This document shows, piece after piece, positions 13,160 through 22,843 of a stretch of 58,077 nucleotides of DNA. The position numbers and the translations under genes were made by a program. The notes under the pieces are model-generated. The model did no database searches and had not been told where the DNA came from. It saw nothing but the letters and a program-made list of their open reading frames with translations. The first letter of the stretch is position 1. Each line of letters begins with the position of its first letter. The DNA is from an uncultured Sphingomonadaceae bacterium (GTDB lineage: Bacteria > Pseudomonadota > Alphaproteobacteria > Sphingomonadales > Sphingomonadaceae): NCBI GenBank assembly GCA_964246975.1, contig CAXTSL010000002.1:1-58077 (forward strand), given 5' to 3'.

Positions 13160-13273
13160 GATGTTTTCTCCCCGAGGTTTATTGTCATCGACTATGTCGG
13201 GCCTGCGTTATCCGTCAATCTAAGGTCGTTCCGGCGATGCAGTCGGTGCAAACCTGTGGTTTTGGCGCATCGC

Positions 13274-13287
13274 TTACCGCGCGGTAA
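13274..13287. promoter_or_regulatory. Perfect 14-bp palindrome TTACCGCGCGGTAA upstream of the TBDR, candidate operator
   Basis: Seen directly; regulator unknown. Confidence 0.35.
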
Positions 13288-13378
13288 ACCAGTCGAGATA
13301 AGCGTCGGTCGACGCGATCAGCGTGATATCTGCAATCTGGCTCTGCCGGTGCCGCAGTGGGTGGACACGACGAGGCAA

Positions 13379-13897
13379 TCAAACCCGATAAAACCCCGCG
13401 ACGCGGTCGAGCGCGAGGCACAGCACCACCTTGCCCGTGCGCGCCGGCCACGCCAGCGCGCGTTCGGCGGTTTCCAGCCCCTCGCCCATGCAGACGACGC
13501 GCCACAGGATATCGGACAGCCCAGGGCCGGCGGCGGCGATGGCGGCGTCGAAGCGTTCACGCGCGCCGAGCCGCGCCAACGAGGGGTTGTGCGCGGGCGG
13601 GGCCCCGCGCGCACCGCTTGCGGCGGGTGCGGCATCCCACCGCATGGTGACCGATGGCAGGTGTCCGGCGCGGTGGAAATCGTCGCGCAAGGCCTCGCTG
13701 GCCGCGAACTGCGACGGCGTCACGAGGCCGCGCCGGACAAGCCAGGCGAGGGGAGATTCGGCCCGGTTAACAGAAACTTGACGACGATCGACGGCGTCGC
13801 CGGGGGTGAGGGTTCGGACCTCCATCAGGCGATTGACCGAGTCCGGTGCGTGGACATCCACGTGATTCGGTTGAGGTTTGCGGCGGGCTGCGGGCAT
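13379..13897 (-). CDS. DUF6456 protein (GafZ / GafA C-terminal-like)
   Basis: VN.AESPLAWL..RG, VTMRWD, GPGLSDILWRVVC.GEGL..AE..L.WP.R.GK.VL..ALDR; GGAG RBS before ATG 13897. Confidence 0.8.
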   Translation of the reverse strand: MPAARRKPQPNHVDVHAPDSVNRLMEVRTLTPGDAVDRRQVSVNRAESPLAWLVRRGLVTPSQFAASEALRDDFHRAGHLPSVTMRWDAAPAASGARGAPPAHNPSLARLGARERFDAAIAAAGPGLSDILWRVVCMGEGLETAERALAWPARTGKVVLCLALDRVAGFYRV

Positions 13898-13988
13898 CGG
13901 ATCGCTCCATTTACGGCTGCCGACCGCTTGCCATAAACGCACGTCTGTAGGACAGGCCTAACCGAACAGGTTTTGGAGGAGACCGCCC

Positions 13989-14552
13989 ATGATCACCCGC
14001 ATCCGCGAAGTCCGAAAAGCCAAGGGCATGACGCTCCACGAGGTCGCGCTGGCGTGCGTGCCCGCAACGACCGCGCAGACCATCGGCCGGCTCGAAACGG
14101 GCATGCGAACGGTCTCGGTGGGCTGGCTCAACCGCATCGCGCGCGCGCTCGGCGTCGAGGCGGCGACGCTGGTGACGCTGCCCGATCGCGTCGACGTGCC
14201 GGTCAGCGCGGTCTATGCGGCCGAAGGCCCGATCGCGCCGCGCCGCGATGCCACGCTGCTCGCGCCCGCTCCCGCCGGGGAGGCCGTCGGCGTGTCGTTC
14301 GAGGTCGCGGCCGGCGAGTATCGCGCCGGCGACGCGCTGTGGCTCGACAAGCTGCTGCCCGGCGATTTCGGCAAGGCGGTCAACCGCGATGTGCTGGTGC
14401 CGCGCACGCAGGGCCGTTTCGTCTTTGGCCGCTTGGCGGCGGCGGATGGGGGCAAGCTGCAGATCCTGCCGATCTCGCCGGGCGCGCGGCAGGTCGTCGT
14501 CGCCGACGCGCCGTGGCTCGCGGTGGCGCGCACGCTGATCCGGGCGCTGTAG
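13989..14552 (+). CDS. XRE-family HTH transcriptional regulator (RogA-like)
   Basis: RIREVRKAKGMTL..VA....TIGRLETG HTH; GGAGGAG RBS; divergent from the DUF6456 gene. Confidence 0.85.
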   Translation: MITRIREVRKAKGMTLHEVALACVPATTAQTIGRLETGMRTVSVGWLNRIARALGVEAATLVTLPDRVDVPVSAVYAAEGPIAPRRDATLLAPAPAGEAVGVSFEVAAGEYRAGDALWLDKLLPGDFGKAVNRDVLVPRTQGRFVFGRLAAADGGKLQILPISPGARQVVVADAPWLAVARTLIRAL

Positions 14553-14558
14553 CGCGGC

Positions 14559-15401
14559 CTAGCGCGGGGCGAGCAGGTGCGCCTCGACGGCGCGTGCGAT
14601 GCCCCGCCCGATGGTCCGCTGCCCCGCCTTCGACTGGAGCAGCGCGGCATCCTCGGCATTCGAGACATAGCCCGTTTCGAGCAGCACCGACGGCACATCG
14701 GCCGCCTTCAACACGCGAAAGCCCGCGAAGCGGTGGAATTCGCCGCGAAAGCCGATGCGGTCGGCGAGTTCGGCCTGAAGCGTCTCGGCGAAGGCGATCG
14801 AGACGTTGCGCGTATTGCGGTTCATCAGGTCGATCAGGATCGCGCCGACCTCGGGCGCGTCGACGCCGAGGTTGACCCCGGCGATGATGTCGGCGCGGTT
14901 CTCGCGCGCCGCCAGCCGCGCCGCCACCGCATCCGATGCCGTGTCGGACAGGGTGTAGACGCTCGCGCCGCGCGCCTGGGGATTGGGCGCGCTGTCGGCG
15001 TGGATCGACACGAACAGGTCGGCGCGGAGTTGCTGTGCGATGCCAACCCGTCCGCCGAGCGGAATGAAGCGGTCGTCGGCGCGCGTCAGCTTAACCCGCA
15101 CGCGCCCGCTCGCGGTCAGCGCGGCGGCGGCGGCGCGCGCGATGGCGAGCGTCACATCCTTCTCGTAGGCGCCATCGGTGGCGATCGCGCCGACGTCCTT
15201 GCCGCCATGTCCCGCGTCGATGACGACGAGCGGCTTCCTACCCCCCGAGCGCGGCGGCTGCGGCATCGCCCTGACGGCGCGCGGCGGCGGTCCGGCATAG
15301 ACGATGTCGGGCGGCCCCAGATCGAAATCGGTCGGCAGCGGCGCAGCCAGGACCCTTGCAGCACAGGCGAGCAGCGCCAGAAGGGGGAGCAGCCTGCGCA
15401 T
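14559..15401 (-). CDS. amiC: N-acetylmuramoyl-L-alanine amidase (Amidase_3)
   Basis: VIDAGHGG, EKDVTL, SIHADS and LLETGY motifs; divergent from rne. Confidence 0.9.
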   Translation of the reverse strand: MRRLLPLLALLACAARVLAAPLPTDFDLGPPDIVYAGPPPRAVRAMPQPPRSGGRKPLVVIDAGHGGKDVGAIATDGAYEKDVTLAIARAAAAALTASGRVRVKLTRADDRFIPLGGRVGIAQQLRADLFVSIHADSAPNPQARGASVYTLSDTASDAVAARLAARENRADIIAGVNLGVDAPEVGAILIDLMNRNTRNVSIAFAETLQAELADRIGFRGEFHRFAGFRVLKAADVPSVLLETGYVSNAEDAALLQSKAGQRTIGRGIARAVEAHLLAPR

Positions 15402-15840
15402 CGCGGCGGGGCGTAGCGGCGGCGGCGGGGGAGGGCAAGGCAGCTGGCTGAATGCCGCGAAGAACGCGCGGCTTGTCGCCTCCGGACAAGGGTGCTACCC
15501 CGATGGCCAGCGGTTCGCACCCGGGGCCTTGGCCCCCGTCGAATCGCCCCCCGCGCCTCCGGGGCGCACCTCCGGCCGCCCGCCAAATTCGGGCTCATGC
15601 CAGGGTCAGCGACCGGATCCGAGGTTTCGTTTGCCGCCCGCGCCGCGCGTACCGCGTCCGGGCACTAGGGTTAGGGTCGCATGACGCCGACGCGTAAACA
15701 TCAGTTCGGGAGCGCCGAAACAGGCGCGCCGGACGGATGGTCGCCGTCACCTATCCGTTTCGCTCGAATCTCAACAATTTTGCGCGCGCCCGCCGCCCCC
15801 GGCCTCGTCCGGGGCGGCCGCCGCGTCATGGAGCCCATAC

Positions 15841-18462
15841 ATGTCCCAGCGTATGCTGATCGACGCCCGCCACCCGGAAGAGACGCGCGTCGCCGTCGTC
15901 AACGGTCAACGCATTGAGGAATTCGACTTCGAGGCTGCCGACCGCAAGCAGCTCAAGGGTAATATCTATCTCGCCAAGGTGACGCGCGTCGAGCCGTCGT
16001 TGCAGGCGGCGTTCGTCGAATACGGCGGCAACCGCCACGGCTTTCTCGCCTTCTCCGAAATCCACCCCGATTATTACCAAATCCCGCGCGAGGACCGCGA
16101 GGCGCTGCTCAGGGAGGAACAGGAACTCCACGCCGCCGAAGCGCATGACGACGAGCATGAAGAGGGCGAGGAGGGCGAGGAAGTCGCGACCACCGGCGGC
16201 CATGACGACACGTCCGACACGCTCCGCCGCCAGCGCCAGACGGTGCGCCGCCACTACAAGATCCAGGAGGTTATCCGCCGCCGCCAGGTGCTGCTGATCC
16301 AGGTCGTCAAGGAGGAACGCGGCAACAAGGGCGCGGCGCTGACCACCTATCTCAGCCTCGCCGGGCGCTACTGCGTGCTGATGCCCAACACCGCGCACGG
16401 CGGCGGCATCAGTCGCAAGATTTCGAACCTGTCGGACCGCAAACGGCTGAAGTCGATCATGGCCGACCTCAAGCTCCCCGCCGGCATGGGGGCGATCGTC
16501 CGCACCGCCGGGCTCAAGCGCAGCCGCGCCGAAATCAAGCGCGACTTCGATTATCTGACGCGGCTGTGGGACGAAATCCGCGAGACGACGCTGGCGTCGG
16601 TCGCGCCGTGCCTCGTCCACGAGGATTCGAGCCTGATCAAGCGCGCGGTTCGCGATCTCTACAACAAGGACATCGACCAGATCCTCGTCGACGGGCCCGA
16701 AGGCTATGAGGCGGCGTCGCGCTTCATGCAGATGCTGATGCCGACGCACGCCCCCAAGGTCGTCGAATACGACGACGCGGTGCCGCTGTTCCAGCGCTTC
16801 GGCGTCGAGGCGCAACTGGCGGCGATGTACCAGCCGGTCGTGCAGCTCAAGTCGGGCGGCTATCTCGTCATCAACCCGACCGAGGCGCTGGTGTCGATCG
16901 ACATCAACTCGGGGCGGTCGACGCGCGAGCACGGCATCGAGGAAACCGCCTACAAGACCAACATGGAAGCCGCCGAGGAAATCGGGCGGCAGCTGCGCCT
17001 GCGCGACATGGCGGGGCTGGTGGTCATCGACTTCATCGACATGGAGGTCGGCGGCAACAACCGCCGCGTCGAGCGCGCGATGAAGGATGCGCTGCGCCAC
17101 GACCGCGCGCGCATCCAGCTCGGGCGGATCAGCTCGTTCGGGCTGATGGAGATGAGCCGCCAGCGGCTGCGCACCGGCATCCTCGAAGCCTCGACGCACG
17201 TCTGCCCGATGTGCGACGCGACGGGCTATGTCCGTACCGTGTCGAGTGCCGCGCTGGCGGCGCTGCGCGATCTCGAGGCGGAAGCGATCAAGGGCCGCGC
17301 GTCGGAGTTCACGTTGCGCGCCGGACCCGATGTGGCGGTCTATATCCTCAACCGCAAGCGCGCCGAGTTGGCCGAACTGGAAGAGCGCTACGGCGTCGGC
17401 ATCGAGGCGGTGCCCGACGACAGTCTGATCGGGCCGAACTACGCCATCGACTGCGCCGGTGCGCCGCCGACGAAGCAGGTCGTGCTCGCGCCGATCCCCG
17501 CGCCGGTGACGATCGTCGAGGACGAGGATGAATACGTCAGTGCCGGGGGCCATGACGACGAGGACGACGACGAGGACGACGAGGGCGGCGAGGGCACGCC
17601 CGCGCGCGCCGACGACGCCGGTGCCGAACGCAGCGAGCGCGGCGACAGGTCCGAGCGCGGGGGCCGCACGCGCGGCCGCCGCCGCCGCCGTGGCGGGTCG
17701 CGCGACCGCGTCGAGGGCGATGCTCCGGTCGACGGCGGCGAAGGCGTCGAGGGCGAGGCCGCCGAGGAAGCCGACACGGTCGAAGGCGATGCGCCCGAGG
17801 TCCTGCCGGTTGTCGAGACCGCCGCTGCCGAGGCCGAGGCCACGCGTCGCCGCCGTCGCGGTCGCCGGGGCGGTCGCCGCCGCGACGGCGCGATGCTGAG
17901 CGAGGAGGGCGGACCTGCGACGCGCGAAGCCGCTGGCGACGATGTTGCCGATGCGGCAGCGGCGACGGCGCATACCGTGTCGTCGAGCGCGGAGGCGAGC
18001 GTTCTCGACGTGCCCGCCGAGACGCCCGTTGCCGGAGCGTCGACGCCGGAAACTTCAAGCGCCGAAACCTCGGTCGTCGAGCCGATCGCGCCCAAGCGTG
18101 CGCGCCGGTCGAAGAAAATCGTCGATGAAGCGCCTGCGGTGGTCGCCGACGACGCGCCGCCCGCCGCACCGCCCGCCGCGACGGAGGGTGCCGAGCCGGT
18201 TGCCGACGAGGCGCCCGCCAAGGCACCGCGCAAGCGCAGCCCGCGCCGCAAGGCCGGGGCAGTCGACGCCGACGCACCCGAGGCGCAAGCTGCGGTGACC
18301 GACGATGCACCGCCGCCCGCGCCGGTACCGCTGCCCGTCGCGACGGTCGCCGCAATCGAAGCGCCCGTGCCGTCCGCACCGCCCGAACCCGCCAACGACG
18401 CCGACGCCGCACCCGAGGGCGAGCCGCGCAAGGGTTGGTGGTCGCGGACCTTCGGCGGCTGA
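15841..18462 (+). CDS. rne: Ribonuclease E
   Basis: MLIDA.HPEETRV, S1 domain, IDINSG, DFIDM, CPMC; acidic/Arg-rich disordered tail ending GWWSRTFG. Confidence 0.97.
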   Translation: MSQRMLIDARHPEETRVAVVNGQRIEEFDFEAADRKQLKGNIYLAKVTRVEPSLQAAFVEYGGNRHGFLAFSEIHPDYYQIPREDREALLREEQELHAAEAHDDEHEEGEEGEEVATTGGHDDTSDTLRRQRQTVRRHYKIQEVIRRRQVLLIQVVKEERGNKGAALTTYLSLAGRYCVLMPNTAHGGGISRKISNLSDRKRLKSIMADLKLPAGMGAIVRTAGLKRSRAEIKRDFDYLTRLWDEIRETTLASVAPCLVHEDSSLIKRAVRDLYNKDIDQILVDGPEGYEAASRFMQMLMPTHAPKVVEYDDAVPLFQRFGVEAQLAAMYQPVVQLKSGGYLVINPTEALVSIDINSGRSTREHGIEETAYKTNMEAAEEIGRQLRLRDMAGLVVIDFIDMEVGGNNRRVERAMKDALRHDRARIQLGRISSFGLMEMSRQRLRTGILEASTHVCPMCDATGYVRTVSSAALAALRDLEAEAIKGRASEFTLRAGPDVAVYILNRKRAELAELEERYGVGIEAVPDDSLIGPNYAIDCAGAPPTKQVVLAPIPAPVTIVEDEDEYVSAGGHDDEDDDEDDEGGEGTPARADDAGAERSERGDRSERGGRTRGRRRRRGGSRDRVEGDAPVDGGEGVEGEAAEEADTVEGDAPEVLPVVETAAAEAEATRRRRRGRRGGRRRDGAMLSEEGGPATREAAGDDVADAAAATAHTVSSSAEASVLDVPAETPVAGASTPETSSAETSVVEPIAPKRARRSKKIVDEAPAVVADDAPPAAPPAATEGAEPVADEAPAKAPRKRSPRRKAGAVDADAPEAQAAVTDDAPPPAPVPLPVATVAAIEAPVPSAPPEPANDADAAPEGEPRKGWWSRTFGG

Positions 18463-18471
18463 CGCCTTGCA

Positions 18472-18515
18472 GTCCTGCGGGGGGCGGGCGCTCCGGCCCC
18501 GCCCGTCCGCAGGAC
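18472..18515 (+). terminator. GC-rich hairpin after rne
   Basis: GTCCTGCGG...CCGCAGGAC stem, no U tract. Confidence 0.45.
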
Positions 18516-18601
18516 ACGCCGGTCGCGCGACGCATGGGGGGCCTGACGCCGGCCCTTGCCCACGCCCCCCGCACCCGCTAACCCGAACGCGCGTCCGGTC
18601 G

Positions 18602-18675
18602 GGGCCTGTAGCTCAATGGTAGAGCAGGCCGCTCATAACGGCTCGGTTGGGGGTTCGAAACCCTCCGGGCCCACC
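18602..18675 (+). tRNA. tRNA with CAT anticodon, probably tRNA-Ile2 (lysidine)
   Basis: Acceptor stem GGGCCTG/CGGGCCC, CTCATAA anticodon loop, TTCGA T-loop; full CCA not encoded. Confidence 0.88.
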
Positions 18676-18702
18676 GGGTGTTGTGAGGAGTACGACGCGC
18701 CC

Positions 18703-19695
18703 GTGTCCCCAGTCCCCGCGTCGCCGCCCGCCAAGAAAAGCAGCTTCGGGCAATGGCTGTGGGGCCTTGTCGGGCTCGTCGTGCTTGGCCTCGCGGTCTG
18801 GGGGATCAAGCAGATCGCCGGACAGGTGACGCTCGCCGAGATAAAGGCCGACATCGCCGCGACGCCGATCCATCTGTTCGTCTTCGCGGGACTGTCGGCG
18901 GCGGCGTCCTACATCGTGCTGATCGGCTATGACTGGCTGGCGGTGCGCCACCTCGGCTATCGCCTGCCGTTCCGCACGCTCGCGGCGGCGTCGTTCGGCA
19001 GCTTCACGATGAGCCACACGCTGGGGCTGACGGTCCTGACCGGCGGCACGGTGCGCTACCGGATGTATACGCGCAGCGGCATTCACCCGCTCGATATCGC
19101 GCTGATCATCGCGCTGTGCGGCTGGACCTTCTGGCTCGGCGTCGTCGTCGTCGCGGGGGCGGGGCTGCTCGTCGATCCGCATCTCGCGACGCCGTTTCGC
19201 GATTTCGCGCCGGGGTGGGAGCGCTGGGCGGGCATCCTGCTGCTCGCCGGCGCAGCGGCCTACACGCTGTTCGCGACGCTCTACCGGCGGCCGATCAGGC
19301 TGTGGAACTATGCTTTCACGCTGCCCAACGGGCGCGAGACGCTGCTCCAGATCCTCATCGGCGCGGTCGATCTCGCCTTTGCGGGGGGCGCACTCTACCT
19401 GTTGCTCCCGGACATCGGCGCGCCGGGGTTGCTGACCGTGCTGACTATCTACGCCGTCGCGATGGTCACCGGCGCGCTCAGCCACGCCCCCGGCGGCTTG
19501 GGCGTCTTCGAACTCGTCATCGTCGCGCTGCTGCCGGCGAGCCCCAAGGCGGGCGTGCTCGCGGCGCTCGTGCTGTTCCGCCTGATCTACACCTATATCC
19601 CGTTTTTTCTCGGCCTCGCGGTCATCGGCTGGACCGAAGTCGCGGCGTTCAAGCGCCGACGCGGCGAAGCTCGGCGAGCAGTCGCAGCGCCTTGA
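18703..19695 (+). CDS. Lysylphosphatidylglycerol synthase TM-domain / UPF0104 membrane protein
   Basis: Multiple TM helices; GYD.LA, GG.VRYRMY and HAPGGLGVFE motifs; start approximate. Confidence 0.85.
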   Translation: MSPVPASPPAKKSSFGQWLWGLVGLVVLGLAVWGIKQIAGQVTLAEIKADIAATPIHLFVFAGLSAAASYIVLIGYDWLAVRHLGYRLPFRTLAAASFGSFTMSHTLGLTVLTGGTVRYRMYTRSGIHPLDIALIIALCGWTFWLGVVVVAGAGLLVDPHLATPFRDFAPGWERWAGILLLAGAAAYTLFATLYRRPIRLWNYAFTLPNGRETLLQILIGAVDLAFAGGALYLLLPDIGAPGLLTVLTIYAVAMVTGALSHAPGGLGVFELVIVALLPASPKAGVLAALVLFRLIYTYIPFFLGLAVIGWTEVAAFKRRRGEARRAVAAP

Positions 19696-20350
19696 CCCGC
19701 CAGTTTGCGGCAAGCCCCTCCATCGCGACCATTTCGCTCAGCACCTCGGCCCCCAGCGCGCGCGCCGCGATGACGCTGTTGAAGCGCGCCACCGGCCACG
19801 CCGGGTTGGGCCGCTCGACGATGGCATGCGCGTCGCCCGCGCCGATCGCGCCGGGTTCGACGACGCGGAAATACCAGCCCGAATGGCCGCTGCGCGTCAT
19901 GTGCCGCACCAGCCCCGGCGCACCGAGCGCGAGTTCGAGCTTAAAGCACGGCTGGCGCGGTTGCGTCACCTGGAGCAGCGCGCCGCCGGCGCGGACGCGG
20001 TCGCCGATATGGACGCTCGTTTCGTTGAGCCCTTCGACCGCGAGATTTTCGCCCATTGCGCCCGCGACGAAGCGGTCGGCCAGCGCCGGGAAGGCATAGG
20101 ACCAGGCGCGGTAGCGGGTCAGGGCATAGGCATAGACCGCCTTGTCGGCCCCGCCGTGGACGCGCAGATCGGCCTGCGCGTCGCCCGCGAGACCGAGTTC
20201 CTCGGCCCACACCGGATGCCCGGTCGCGGCCTTGCGATAGCCGCTCGCGACGCCCTGCGGCCCGAGCGGCGCGACGCTGCCGACGCGCACCTGCGTGACG
20301 AGTCCAGAACCGAACTGGGGGCTTGCATTCACGCGCCGCGTCTCCGACAT
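19649..20350 (-). CDS. MOSC domain protein (YiiM-like)
   Basis: GDAQADLRVHGG.DKAV, GENL, QPRQPCFKL and GWYFRV motifs; true start may be slightly downstream. Confidence 0.9.
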   Translation of the reverse strand: MSETRRVNASPQFGSGLVTQVRVGSVAPLGPQGVASGYRKAATGHPVWAEELGLAGDAQADLRVHGGADKAVYAYALTRYRAWSYAFPALADRFVAGAMGENLAVEGLNETSVHIGDRVRAGGALLQVTQPRQPCFKLELALGAPGLVRHMTRSGHSGWYFRVVEPGAIGAGDAHAIVERPNPAWPVARFNSVIAARALGAEVLSEMVAMEGLAANWRVKALRLLAELRRVGA

Positions 20351-20388
20351 TGGGGGTCGGTTGCAACAAAACGGAAGGAGGTGGTCCA

Positions 20389-20454
20389 GTGTCTCATTGC
20401 TCCAAGTCGGGAACTGGTATTGCGGTTCGCGGGCAGGTGACTGTCAGCGCATAA
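20389..20454 (+). CDS. Candidate 21-aa small ORF (MSHCSKSGTGIAVRGQVTVSA)
   Basis: Promoter-like TTGCAT-N17-GACATT (20323-20351), very strong SD AAGGAGGTG, GTG start, downstream hairpins. Confidence 0.5.
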   Translation: MSHCSKSGTGIAVRGQVTVSA

Positions 20455-20485
20455 CGCGCCATCGCCGGTTTCATGACAGGCAATG

Positions 20486-20526
20486 GAAGGGCCGCCGGGG
20501 GAAGCCTCGTGCGGCCCTTCGATTTT
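20486..20526 (+). terminator. Rho-independent terminator
   Basis: Perfect 10-bp stem GAAGGGCCGC/GCGGCCCTTC followed by GATTTT. Confidence 0.65.
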
Positions 20527-20560
20527 GTGCGCGTGTTGCGCGGAAGTGACGTTCGGTGCG

Positions 20561-21343
20561 TCAGCGTCCCGTCCATACCGCCGCGCGTTTCTGCGCGAAC
20601 GCCATTGGCCCCTCGCGCAGATCGTCCGAGCGGAACAGCGCCTGCACCGCCGGGTGCGCCATCTGTCCTTCATAGGCAGCACGCAGCACCGGCTCGTCGA
20701 GGCTACGCGCGACGACCTGCTTCGAGGCGCGCAGCGACAATGGCGACAGCGCGCACATCGCCTCCGCCAGCGCCTGCGCACACGACAGCAACGCGGCGGC
20801 GGGCACGACATCGTGGACGAAGCCTAGCGCCCTGCCCTCGTCCGCGCCGACGGTGCGCGCGGTCAGGATCATCCCCATCGCGCGCTTGACGCCGATCGCG
20901 CGCGGCAGACGGTGCAGCCCGCCCGCCAGCGCCGCGAGCCCGACCTTGGGCTCGGGCAGCGCGAACGTGGCAGTGTCGGCAGCGAGGATCAGGTCGCACG
21001 CCAGCGCAATCTCGAAGCCGCCGCCCATCGCCACGCCATTGACCGCCGCGATGACCGGCTTGTCGAGGTCCCAGCGCGAGGTCAACCCGGCGAACCCCGT
21101 CGCAGGCACCGTCACCGCATTGCCCTCGACTTGCCAGCGCAGATCGTTGCCCGCCGAGAACGCCCGCTCGCCTGCGCCGGTCAGGATCGCCACCCACAGG
21201 TCGGGGTCGGCCGCGAAGCCGTCGAAGACTTGCGCCAGTTCGGCGTTGGCGGGCGGATGCAGCGCGTTCATCCGCTCGGGCCGGTTGATCGTCACGGTCA
21301 GCACGCGGCCCGCCGTCGCGACGGTGCAGAATTCAAAGCTCAT
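20561..21343 (-). CDS. Enoyl-CoA hydratase/crotonase family protein
   Basis: NRPE.MNAL, FSAGNDL, AMGGGFE and LPEPKVG motifs. Confidence 0.93.
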   Translation of the reverse strand: MSFEFCTVATAGRVLTVTINRPERMNALHPPANAELAQVFDGFAADPDLWVAILTGAGERAFSAGNDLRWQVEGNAVTVPATGFAGLTSRWDLDKPVIAAVNGVAMGGGFEIALACDLILAADTATFALPEPKVGLAALAGGLHRLPRAIGVKRAMGMILTARTVGADEGRALGFVHDVVPAAALLSCAQALAEAMCALSPLSLRASKQVVARSLDEPVLRAAYEGQMAHPAVQALFRSDDLREGPMAFAQKRAAVWTGR

Positions 21344-21370
21344 GGTCAGGCCTCCCCAGGTCTTGCGGGT

Positions 21371-21396
21371 GCAACTCTAGCCAATGCCCGCACGTT
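21371..21396 (+). promoter_or_regulatory. Probable EcfG (general stress sigma) promoter
   Basis: GCAAC-N17-CGTT versus consensus GGAAC-N16/17-CGTT. Confidence 0.5.
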
Positions 21397-21428
21397 GGCC
21401 CAGTCCATCTGTGAAAGACCCGGTTCCC

Positions 21429-21869
21429 ATGTTCATTCCCCACGGCGCACACGTCCTTGTCATCGACGGTGCCAAACTCCTGCTGCTCCGCAACAGCGGC
21501 ACCGAGACCGCGCCGCACCTCGCCGTGGCGATGCACGATCAGCACGACAGCGCCGCCACCTCCGATCAGGGCACCGACGAAACCGGAACGACACAGGCGA
21601 GCACCGGCAGCGTGCGTTCGGGCTATGAGCAGACCGACTTCCACCAGCAGGATGAGGACCGCTTCGCCATCGCCGCCGCCGACATGCTCAAGACCGAAGT
21701 GCTGGCGCACCGCATCGTGCAGCTGATCGTTGTCGCCGCTCCCAAGACCTTGGGCGTGCTCCGCAAACATTATCACGGCGAGGTCGACAAGCGCCTGCTC
21801 GGCGAGATCGCCAAGGATGTCGCGGACCGCCCGACCGAAGAGATCGCCGCGATGATCCTCGCGCACTGA
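21429..21869 (+). CDS. Host attachment family protein (AtsE/baeRF12-like)
   Basis: VLVIDGAK.L.LRN.G, D.HQQ.EDRFA, VAAPKTLG.LR and EIAKD motifs. Confidence 0.88.
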   Translation: MFIPHGAHVLVIDGAKLLLLRNSGTETAPHLAVAMHDQHDSAATSDQGTDETGTTQASTGSVRSGYEQTDFHQQDEDRFAIAAADMLKTEVLAHRIVQLIVVAAPKTLGVLRKHYHGEVDKRLLGEIAKDVADRPTEEIAAMILAH

Positions 21870-21918
21870 CCCGCACGTTGACCGCCGCCCCGCCGCAGCC
21901 TATGCGGCGGCACCTTGT

Positions 21919-21996
<78 letters not shown>

Positions 21997-22186
21997 CCGG
22001 ATCGAACGCGTCGGTGGCGCTCGGCCCGACTGCCCAAGCTCTTTGCGTCGCGGGGCTGGTGCTTCGGCGCGCGCCGAATACCCGGCGCCGACGCATGACC
22101 GGCGGTGATGCCGCGACGGCCACAAGCTATTGGCGGCGAGACCGGCTTTGACGATGATCGGCGCGCCAGCGAAGCGGGAGCGCGCG

Positions 22187-22843
22187 ATGCAGATCGATGT
22201 GGTCTATGATTTCCTCTGTCCCTGGTGCCATGTCGCCAAGCGGCATCTGACGCTGGCGCTGGCCGAGGAGGCGGCGCGGCCCGAGGCGCTGCCGGTCACG
22301 GTGCGTTGGCATCAGTTCATGCTTTACCCGCATTTCGATCGCGGCGGGCACGACTTTCTCGAATTCTTCCACCAGAAGTACGGGCCGGCGCTGCAGGTGC
22401 CGATGTGGGACCGCATCCGCGCGGTCGCCAAGCCGGTCGGCATCGACTTCGCCTTCGAGCGCATGACGCGCGGCCCCGCGTCGATCGACGGTCACCGGCT
22501 GGTGCGCTGGGCAGAGGGGCAGCGGCCCGGCGTCGCGGGTGCGATGATCGAGGACATCGGCCACGCCTTTTATGAGGAAGCGCGCGTCATCGACGAGGAT
22601 TTCCTCGTCGAACTCGCCGACCGGCACGGCTTCGACCGCGTCGCGGCGCGCGCGCACCTGCGCTCGGACGCCGATCTCGACGCGCCGTTCCGCGAAACCG
22701 AGGCGTGGCGCGCGCGCGGCGTGACGTCGATGCCGCACTACATCGTCGATCACGGCGACGGCCACCCGATCGTCATCCGCGAGACCAGCGTCGCGGCGTT
22801 TCGCGATGCCTTTGCAGCCGCCCGCCTCGCGGTTGCGGCGTGA
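22187..22843 (+). CDS. DsbA-family (FrnE-like) oxidoreductase/isomerase
   Basis: [12 protein letters not shown] CxxC motif and GVTSMP cis-Pro loop. Confidence 0.85.
   Translation: MQIDVVYDFLCPWCHVAKRHLTLALAEEAARPEALPVTVRWHQFMLYPHFDRGGHDFLEFFHQKYGPALQVPMWDRIRAVAKPVGIDFAFERMTRGPASIDGHRLVRWAEGQRPGVAGAMIEDIGHAFYEEARVIDEDFLVELADRHGFDRVAARAHLRSDADLDAPFRETEAWRARGVTSMPHYIVDHGDGHPIVIRETSVAAFRDAFAAARLAVAA

Noticed and set aside
17500-18462. Acidic/Arg-rich low-complexity RNase E tail
   Set aside because: Well-known disordered degradosome scaffold of alphaproteobacterial RNase E.
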